Translations under genes and position numbers: made by a program | In this document: positions 54,491 to 64,000 of the stretch, piece after piece | Numbering within the stretch: the stretch's first letter is position 1 | How the letters are laid out: every line of letters begins with the position of its first letter | Notes under the pieces: model-generated | The model's database searches: none | Told to the model about the DNA's origin: nothing | Seen by the model: only the letters and a program-made list of their open reading frames with translations | DNA from: Octopus vulgaris | Lineage: Eukaryota | Direction: 5' to 3' | DNA length: 64,000 nt | Assembly (NCBI GenBank): GCA_951406725.2 | Contig: OX597832.1 | Location: 35,588,001 to 35,652,000 of the forward strand

Positions 54491-55099
54491 TGTGTCTGTG
54501 TGTGTGTGTGATTACACATGAAGCACTACTCTAATAAGAAGAATTTTCAATGAAAAAGAAAGCAGCATCATGGAGAAACTAGCTGAATGCAATTAACGGT
54601 TAAGCCGCATAAGCTAGTAAATTGAAAGGTATCTTTAAGAGTGACCAATGTATGTTGTAATGTAAAGATAATCGTAATTGGAGCTGTTGAAGCAGGAAAG
54701 CTTTCAGGTGTGGTGAACATGATAGTAATAATAGAATAAATTCCACCTTCTGACAGTTTCAAAAGAGACCAACAGTGTAATTGTTAGAAGACCTAGTTAC
54801 CTGAAATAGTAATCCAAAGAAATAGGTTGACAGAAGCTATAGAATATAGAAACCATTTGATGCAAATAAATCTTGACTATAAAGACTTTCTGTAAATGGT
54901 AGGTGCTCTTATCATAGACAAACTTCTCAACAGAAATGTATTCAATTACACAATTAGCTCACACACCAAATTTAGTGTCCTACACATCTGACCAACTGAG
55001 TAGTGATATCACTTGATAACAACTAAATAATGCTGTCCCCTAGTAGCAGCAGGATGAAGCTGTGTTTGAATGACAGCCAGATGAAGCTAATGCTGTCCC

Positions 55100-55395
55100 C
55101 TGAGCACTCCACAGACATGTGTACCCTTAACGTAGTTCTCGGGGATATTCAGCGTGACACAGAGAGTGACAAGGCCGGCCCTTTGAAATACAGGTACAAC
55201 AGAAACAGGAAGTAAGAGTGAGAGAAAGTTGTGGTGAAAGAGTAGAGCAGGGATCACCACCATCCCCTGCCGGAGCCTCGTGGAGCTTTAGGTGTTTTCG
55301 CTCAATAAACACTCACAACGCCCGGTCTGGGAATCGAAACCGCGATCCTACGACTGCGAGTCTGCTGCCCTAACCACTGGGCCATTGCGCCTCCA
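55100..55395 (-). mobile_element. tRNA-derived SINE with family C 3' module
   Basis: A-box TGGCCCAGTGG, B-box GTTTCGATTCC; 3' part tgtacctgtatttcaaagggcc..gagaactacgttaagggtacac..ggagtgctcag is shared with 6335/21495. Confidence 0.8.
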
Positions 55396-56206
55396 CACAT
55401 CCTCATATGCATATAGGTGCTTACATACATACACATAACATGATACATATATATTTAGACATTTATATGTATAAATATGCATATATATATATATATATAC
55501 AGACATACATTTGCACGCCCACATACAAACACACACATATATATATAAACCCTCCCATCACACACTTACACCCACACATATACAGACATATGCATATCCA
55601 TATAAATGAAGGGTGTGTGTGCATGAAAGTCGCACATATGCACCAGGCACAGTCTTACACTCATATACATACATACACATGCACACACATATACATATAA
55701 TATATATACATACATATACATACACACATACACACACCTGCACTCACAAAATTAAAAAGGAAAAAATGAAAACTATATATAAAAAATGAAAAAATTAATG
55801 GAAATTAAAGCATACGTGCAGGAACATAGTAGAAATGTGGATTCTAGCCATGATCTTGGGGATGGGGGGGGGGGGAGCAAAACCATAAAAGGTATTTTGT
55901 TTGTGTGTGTATGCATGTATGTATACATATTTGTGTGAGTGTGTACAAATGTAGATGTTGTGAATGCAGAAGGTTTATGTCTAAGCATCGTAGAAATATG
56001 GTTGTGTGTATTTTTTCATCTTTTTCCTTTTTCCATCTGTAAGAGTTACTTCCTTTTTATTCAGAGGTTTTTCCGTGGCATCCGTTGCCATCAATGGCCA
56101 ATGAGAATGCATGATAGCTCTTCACTCCGATGTTGGACACTCTTAGTACTATAATGACAACCTTTCACTGTTTATTCTAAATTATAATGTGTGTGTGTGT
56201 GTATGT

Positions 56207-56246
<40 letters not shown>

Positions 56247-56249
<3 letters not shown>

Positions 56250-57128
56250 GATCTGATCAATAAGTATCCGGACTGTTGCCATAGTAACAAAGCTAAAGTG
56301 CACAAAGTGAAGCCGCTTGGCATAGATTGACCTTGAACTCTGCTGTGCATACATGCTAAGTTTTAACATATTAACTCACTTCTACTGTTTACAGCAGTGC
56401 TTGGAAGGAAGGTGTGTAGTATGAGATCATCACATTGACTATGACAGAAAGTAGAGCAGAGAATCTGCCTCAAATTTTGCTGAAAGCTTGGTGATACCTG
56501 CTCAGAAGCCTACTCAAAGTTCTCAAAAAGTTTTCATCGTTCTCGACACAATCAAGGAGATCTTATGCAAATGAAACCCAAGTGTCCTTTTTGTCAGCTG
56601 AAAACAGTTTTGGCACAAACTTGGCAGACACACGTCTCATACCCAAATCTTCAGTGATAATAAACTGAACCGTAACTAATCTGTACATCCTCTGATAACT
56701 CACGGATGGTGATTCGACGATTCCCCCTCACAGCTGCATGTATATCTGCGATGTTTTTCTCAGTTCTGCTGGTTGTGTGTCTCCCAGAACGTTCACCAAT
56801 ATTGACATTTCTTCGGCCATCTTGTAAACGTCTGAACCACTCGTACACTTGCATGTGGCTCATACACTCCTCTCCATACCTTTTCTGCGGCTTTGCCTCT
56901 GAGCAGGTATCACCATGACAACTTTCTCTGTCATGGCTAATGCGATGATTACACACTACACACCTTCCTTCCAAGCACTCCTGTAAACAGCAGAAGTGAG
57001 TCAGAATGTTAAAGCTTAGTGTCCATGCACAGCAGAGGTCAAGGTCAGTCTTTGCCAAGCAGCTTCACACTGCATGTTTTAGCTTCATTGCTATGGCAAC
57101 AGTCCAGATACTTATTGATCAGACCTTG
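56247..57128 (-). mobile_element. Mariner element with inverted duplicated 5' ends
   Basis: About 270-bp inverted arms (tctgatcaataagtatc.ggactgttgccatag), TA at 57129-30; minus-strand transposase fragment YGEECMS..VYEWFRR.QDGR..RSGR..RRITIRELSE..EDLGMRRVSAKFVPK. Confidence 0.9.
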
Positions 57129-57277
57129 TATATCATCATCATCATCATCGTTTAACGTACACTTTCCATGCTAGCATGGGTTGGACGAATGACTGAGGGC
57201 TGGCGAACCAGATGGCTGCACCAGGCTTCAATCTTGATCTGGCAGAGTTTCTACAGCTGGATGCCCTTCCTAACGCC

Positions 57278-57315
<38 letters not shown>

Positions 57316-58402
57316 ATGTGCAAATATATATCATAATAACGGTTGAGAGAACACCAACCTGGTAAGCCCCAAGTTTGGGCAGTAGAACAACCTCTAGACA
57401 GGAGTTAGCACCAAATATAGAAATAAACCATCCTGGGTCATACACAGACTAAGGTGTAACAGCTGACGGCCACCCAACTTAAGGTCCCATGGGGCTCCAT
57501 GGGAAGCAGTATGACTGATATGCAGAATCGGCAAAACAGCGATCAGGTAATTAATGACTACACCTGTCCAATGTTGTGTAGAGAAACCTCTGTGGAGTCA
57601 AGGATCATAATCACCAATTTCCCAAAGTGTTAAAAGATCAATGATCACAGATGTTATTAACCACTGAAAGATTTGAATGAATTGTACTAAAATCATGTCT
57701 TCAAGCTATAACACCCATCATACAGATATGGACACCGGCTGTTGTCTTGCTGACCACCACCACATTCTGTAGGATATTGTTGGCTGATGCGATCAATCTG
57801 GGCAAGTCTGAGTTGTTTCGAACACACAGAAGATGATATACACGTGTGAATGTATGTGTGTGTCTATATACACAACACTAATACACCAGCAACCACCAAA
57901 AATTAAACTTGGCTATAGAAGTGATACAAGAACTTAAGTCATGGGATGAAGTCCAAGACTTTTTATGACACTAAATCTAGAACAGAGGCTAAAAAGTAGC
58001 ACCCAGTCCACTCTGGAATGGTTCTTCTGCAATTATTGAGTTCTTGTATTCAATATTTCCTAACAGGTGTCACAACATATTATTTCGTATAAATGAGGCT
58101 TGAAACATTCTGTAGTTGGTCCTGTACCTCTCTGCTTTTGTAAGCCTTTAGGTTGACTTTACCTCTGTCAGATGTCCTCTAAAAACATACAATAACACAG
58201 AGAAGCTTTGAAAAATTGTTGAAAACAATGGCAGCCATGGATTGAATAAAGAGACATTATTGCCAGTAATGTAAGCCCAAAGAACCAGTCTTCAACAATA
58301 CAATAGCTAGCAAAACAAACAAATAAAAATCAGTAATGTCAGAAGCAGATTTGGCACAATGGTAAAACATGAGAATTGTTGAAGAGTGGTATTTAGAGAA
58401 GC

Positions 58403-58490
<88 letters not shown>

Positions 58491-59546
58491 AGAAGAGAGA
58501 GAGAGAGAGTCTAGTATATAAAGTGAAGATGACCAGAGATTTTATCTTTGTGTAATAAACAAGAAAAGCTGAGAACAAGAAATGCTATTATAATAAGATC
58601 TCTTAGCTGAAAATATCATTCATTGTAGTAAAGTAAAACAATAATACAGTTTACATTGAAATAATGATGATAAGCAAGGTTTCCAACTAATGATGAAGAT
58701 GTGGAATTGAAAGGTTTGAAGTTTTGGTTTACATTATGAAGTTAATACAATTTCATTAGATTTTAATTGGAGTCATTCACTGTAATCTAAGATTTGTCAG
58801 TCTGTGAGAAATATAATATCGATTCACAATAAAACGGATGGAAGAGACACATCCACACACACACACACACACTCATACACATACATATACACTAAAAAAG
58901 AAAACATAGTCAGAATTGTATATTTGTAAACATAAATACACAAACACCTGAGATCCTGGCCGTATATATATATATATCACCATACACAACAACACAATCA
59001 CATCAATATACATAGACACACATTATTTATAGTCAGACGACAAACAGAATTCTATTTATGTCTGTGATATATATATTTATATACACACTCCAACAGTATT
59101 ATAGTCACAATGATATATTCACATTAACAGTATTGTTATAACTACAGTACATTACCAAAATTAGAATCAGGTTCATGGTCGGCAATATGTAAATTATTGC
59201 ATGTGGGCCATTGTGAATGGATTTCTCTAAGTGTGAACATGTAAGCTGATGTAACTAGAATCCTGTGAATATGTTATTCTCACTAACAAGATTATAGTTA
59301 CATCAGTGTATATATTTACACTTTTAGAATTATAATCAAAATACTTTACATGTTATTATAATTTATTATAATGTTATTATAATTTATTATAAAATACTTT
59401 ACATGTTATTATAATTTACGTATTACAGACCATTAGCTATGACATTTGGATTTTTGGATTTAACACTTCCTTTTAGCTTTCTAATCTCTGGCAATTTTCA
59501 GATTACATGTTTCTGCACCTGTGCCTGTGCACCCACTCACTCACTC

Positions 59547-59593
<47 letters not shown>

Positions 59594-60140
59594 TACGTAT
59601 GTCTTCCATAAGTGATCTATCTCAAATGCTAATCTAGTTGTGAATAGGGGGTTTAAAAATCACTTGGACAGAAGCCACAAGTCCCAAATAAGGTCATTGG
59701 TGTAGAAGAGAAAATAAAAAGGTCATAATGGACAGCACATGTGGTTGGTTGGGATCGATGGAAAGTTTGAAGAGTTTGGTAGAATTTTGGCAAAATTTAT
59801 TATGTTGCTTTTAGCAAACATTCCAGCAACAAATATGAAATGTTTAATAAACTGGATGAAAGGGGGAGATAGAGAGAAGTGTAGATGAGAAAGTCATTAT
59901 ATATATGTAAATATGTGTATGTGTGTGTATATATGCATTTCCTTGTGTATGTGTAAAGAATCAAAAGTTTGATCCTCTACACGATGTAGAATACAGAGCC
60001 AAAATGATTGTCTTGGGATTCTGTTAATATCAGATTATAATAGCAATGAAGAGAATGGAAACCATTTAACCTTTATGTAATTCAATAAGCTAGAAACAAA
60101 TTTGACTAACCTAGTCACAGTTTGCAATCTTTCCAACTGT

Positions 60141-60175
<35 letters not shown>

Positions 60176-60529
60176 ATCATCATCACCGTCATCACTTAAC
60201 ATCTGCTGGCATGGCTTGGATGGTTTGACAGAGGGCTGACAAGCTAGAAGGTTGTACCAGGCTCCAATCTGATCTGGCAAAGTTTCTACAGTTGGATGCC
60301 CTTCCTAATGCCAACCACTCTGAGAGTGTACTGGGTGCTTTTTACGTGCCACCGGCATGAGGGCCAGTCAGGTGTTACTGGCATCGACTACACTTGAATG
60401 GTGCTTTTTAGGTGCCACCAGCACAGGACCAGTCAGCCAGCTCTGGCATCGACCACATTCGAATGGTGCTTTGTACATGCCTATAAACATACATACATAT
60501 ATATATATAGAAATACATATATTTATACT

Positions 60530-60731
60530 TTTATTTTATTCTTTTCTTTTATTTGCTTCAGTCATTTGACTGTGGCCATGCTGGAGTACCACCTTCGGTT
60601 GATCAAATTGACCCCAGGACTCATTCTTTGTAAGAACTCATTCTATCGGTCTCTTTTGCGAAACCACTAAGTTACAGGGACATAAACACACCAGCATCAG
60701 TTGTCAAGCGATGTTGGGGGGACAAACACAG

Positions 60732-60765
<34 letters not shown>

Positions 60766-60925
60766 GATGGGCTTCTTTCAGTTTCCGTCTACCAAATCCA
60801 CTCACAAGGCTTTGGTCGGCCTGAGGCTATAGTAGAAGACACTTGTCCAAGATGCCACGCAGTGGGACTGAACCCGTAACCATGCGGTTGGCAAGCAAGC
60901 TACTTACCACACAGCCACTCCTGCA

Positions 60926-60927
<2 letters not shown>
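60530..60927 (-). mobile_element. Full-length SINE family A (head, internal microsatellite, 3' LINE-like tail)
   Basis: Contains both modules seen separately at 40703 and 41608. Confidence 0.85.
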
Positions 60928-60971
<44 letters not shown>

Positions 60972-61947
60972 TATATATATACATAATAAATCTCATGAAA
61001 CTTGGTGCATTTGGCAGTGGTTCATTTGTTTTTATTGGGCAATGGTGGGGGGGACTAACATTTGACAAGAGAATATCTTTGGATCAAAGCCATATATGGA
61101 TCCTGTCCTTGTATACATCATAAAACATCTAAAAACAGATTAAATATGAAGCCATCAAGTTAACAAACATAAATATATTGCTAATATACGTTGGCAGCAA
61201 CAAGATCTGCTCTAAGCAAATTCTTGGACTGAAATGATTGAATTTTGGGTCAGAATAAGAAAAGGTAGAAATGTTTGGGTTTTGTTAAAACAAGTTTCTC
61301 AGCATCATCATGAATATTAATCATATTGTTTGATTTTTCAGAGAATTTAGCAAATAATCTTAGTTTGGTGCTTTGAATAATGAAAAAAAAATGTCTTTTG
61401 AATATATTAAAGAATTGCTGAAGAGAATCATGTCTTGCAACAAAGAATTTGAATTGCCTCCTCCTTCTCCTCTTTCCATTGTTCTTCCTTTACTTCTTTC
61501 TTTTCTTTTTATTTTCTTTTTCTTCATTAACTGAAACATGTATTAAAGTTTATTTCCATGGAGATAAACATGAAATACACCCTTATTCCTTATTCAGTTT
61601 TCTCATCTCCTGTAATTTATTCCATAAATGCTTCTCTCTGCTCTTTTGTCTTTGACATAAAAAAAGATCAGTTAATCCAGCTGAATGCCATATGGTGGAA
61701 CTAATATATGATTAACCATTTATCTTTGTCAACATTAGGAACTTCCAGTAAATTTATCCACCATCAATCACACCCCACCACCACATCCAGTGAAAATACA
61801 AAAGCTTAAATAGTTAAAAACATTAAATATTTCTCAGATAGCAATATCTGGCAACATTATCATCTACTTAAAACATCTTACATTGTTGCAGAATACCTAA
61901 AAAAGGAATAAGATTTTAACTACATTTACCATTATGGTTAATTCTTC

Positions 61948-62672
61948 ATCCTCATCATTTAACGTCCGTTGTCCATGCTGGCATGGGTTGGACTGTTTGA
62001 CCAGGAAGCTGGAAGGCTGCACCAGATTCCAGTCTGATTTGACATGGTTTTCTAGAGCTGGATGCCCTTCCTAATGCCAACCACTCTGAGAGCATAATGG
62101 GTGCTTTTACATACCACTGGCACGTGTGCCATTTATGTGACACCAGTCTCTGCCATGACTGCAATTTTGCTTGACTTCATGGTCGTCTTCTCGAGCATGA
62201 GATAATGCCAAATGTCTTGATCATTGCCTCTGTGAAGCCCAATGCTTGAAAAGAACTCAGCCACTTTCCCCCGTAAGGCCCAACACTCCAACAGTGCTCT
62301 TTACGTGCCACTGGCATGGGTGCCACTTAAGTGACACCAACATCAGCCTTCACTATAATTTCACTTGGCTTGACGGGCCTTCTCAAGCACAGCATATTGC
62401 CAAAAGTCTGTGAGGTCCAAAGTTCAAAGGTCATGCTTCACCACCTCGTCTCATGTCTTCTTGGGTCTACCTCTACTACAGGTTCTCTCAACAGTTAGAG
62501 ATCGGCACTTCTTTACACAGCTGTCCTCATCCATATGCATCACATGACCATACCAGCACAACCGTCTCTCTTGCACACCTCATCTAATGCTGCCTCTTAT
62601 GCCTAACTTATCTCTCAAGATGCTTACATTCTGTCAAACATGCTCACTGACATTGCACTTCCAGTGAAGCAT
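61948..62672 (-). mobile_element. RTE-clade LINE 3' end
   Basis: Minus strand VQERRLCWYGHVMHMDEDSCVKKC..RGRPKKT*DEVVKHDL followed by a 3' UTR ending in (GAT)n. UTR-only copies at about 6630-6830, 42450-42650, 57140-57277 and 60175-60480; ORF remnant at 37255-37430 (+). Confidence 0.85.
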
Positions 62673-63430
62673 AATAACACTGTTATACTAACGTAACAAA
62701 ACAACAACACTTTCAAATATACTCTCTTATACTCTCTTTATACATCGTTTAATTTATTTAAAATACTTATCTTTGATGAAACAAAACACTTCACCTCACT
62801 TTCTATCATTTAACAAAATACATGAACTTCCCTACACTACAAGTGCCAACTGGTTTCACAATGAGCCAACAGCATTCTATACCAACTTATTTACAACTGA
62901 CTGTGGTGAAGCTTTTAACACTTAACAGTCTTGTCATGCTTTCTCAATGTAAATCTGCCCCTCATGTTAGAAACTAGGGATTTTGATGAAATGCAGTTAG
63001 GCATGTATAAAAAACATCATAAAAATATAACTCTAGCATGAATGTGAATGATATTTTTTGATACAATACAAAGATTGTTGCTGTATATTATGAATGTGGG
63101 TTTTTACCTGCTGATATTGATTTTTACTTGATGTCATATCACTTTCATTTGCCCACCTAGGTCGAATACACTTAGGTTGATTACACGGAGGTACTTAGAT
63201 ATCAATTACGATGATAGTGGTGGAGATGTGATGGCGACATTGTCGTTGTAAGTAATTATTATGAATAAATCTGTACGAAAGCTTGATAACATTGTATTCT
63301 GTTGTTAAGGTAAGGGCAATTATCATGTTGTAACAATCACTAAAAGCATCATCGTTCTTCGTCTTATCTTTCTAATGAACATTCATGTTACTATTCTTGA
63401 GTAGCTTTCCTCAATGTATGTAAGTATATG

Positions 63431-63487
<57 letters not shown>

Positions 63488-63530
63488 ATGAGATGGCAAA
63501 AGAATAAATGATTATCGTATGAACTCCATT

Positions 63531-63611
63531 AGCGAACAATTGTTTCTGCTATAAGATGCAGTGGACTCATAGTTGAGTACCTGAGTAACACCTTACAGCT
63601 TCATCAGAGCC
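63531..63611 (-). ncRNA. Degenerate hammerhead motif
   Basis: GGCT-CTGATGA-A-GCTGTAAGGTGT..GCATCTTATAGC-A-GAAA-CAATTG-TT-CGCT: 12-bp stem II with wobbles, palindromic stem III, weak stem I. Confidence 0.5.
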
Positions 63612-64000
63612 TCAAATATGAAGTGCAATTTATTTGGGAAAAGCATTACATTTATGCATATATATATATTGGAAGAAACTATCAATGAGAAAGCAAACAG
63701 CTATGTGGAAGATGAAAACCTAGGGCTCCTCCCATAAATAGAATAAGATTAATTTTAGAATGTGTATAAAGATGGGTATATCCAGACTTAGATAAAAGGC
63801 AATTAGATCTAAAAGTAAAACTATATCTACACACACACACAGTTGTTCACCCTTGTTCGCAATATATATAAAAATAAGTGACATCCAGCCACTGATACAC
63901 ACACACACACACACACACACGCACGCATACATATATATGTTTGCACATCCTCACTTCTTAAAAAGTAGCGATGTTTGAGCAGTGTTGCCAATGTTCCCGT

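Noticed and set aside
54745-54792. Minus-strand CTAACAA..GAAActGTCagaag
   Set aside because: Two core mismatches and no stem II; could be chance.
55320-55395. tRNA-like sequence with A and B boxes
   Set aside because: SINE head; no complete cloverleaf, and it continues into the SINE body.
59338-59420. Short repeated AT-rich units, superficially array-like
   Set aside because: Local slippage duplication with no unique spacers; eukaryotic context, not CRISPR.

Overview
AT-rich, microsatellite-dense eukaryotic DNA, probably octopus/coleoid cephalopod (inferred from the SINE families and the (TA)n/(TATG)n/(CA)n load; not verified by a search). One protein-coding gene can be reconstructed by eye: a Popeye-domain (BVES/POPDC) gene on the minus strand. 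It has four coding exons (26069-25474, 9742-9628, 8875-8581, 6198-6113) with canonical GT-AG sites and consistent phases, giving about 363 aa, a DSAE variant of the DSPE motif and a C-terminal ETSV. The rest is intronic or intergenic: simple repeats (which produce most of the ORF track), tRNA-derived SINEs, CR1/L2-, RTE- and R4-like LINE remnants, mariner/maT fragments and Helitrons. The most interesting unannotated signal is a recurrent set of type I hammerhead-ribozyme-like motifs: one near-intact motif present twice in a perfect 171-bp inverted repeat, plus several degenerate or half copies. Many lie in palindromic or terminally redundant Penelope/retrozyme-like elements beside TA microsatellites. 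A LINE and a SINE family also share a 3' stem-loop showing a compensatory base change.
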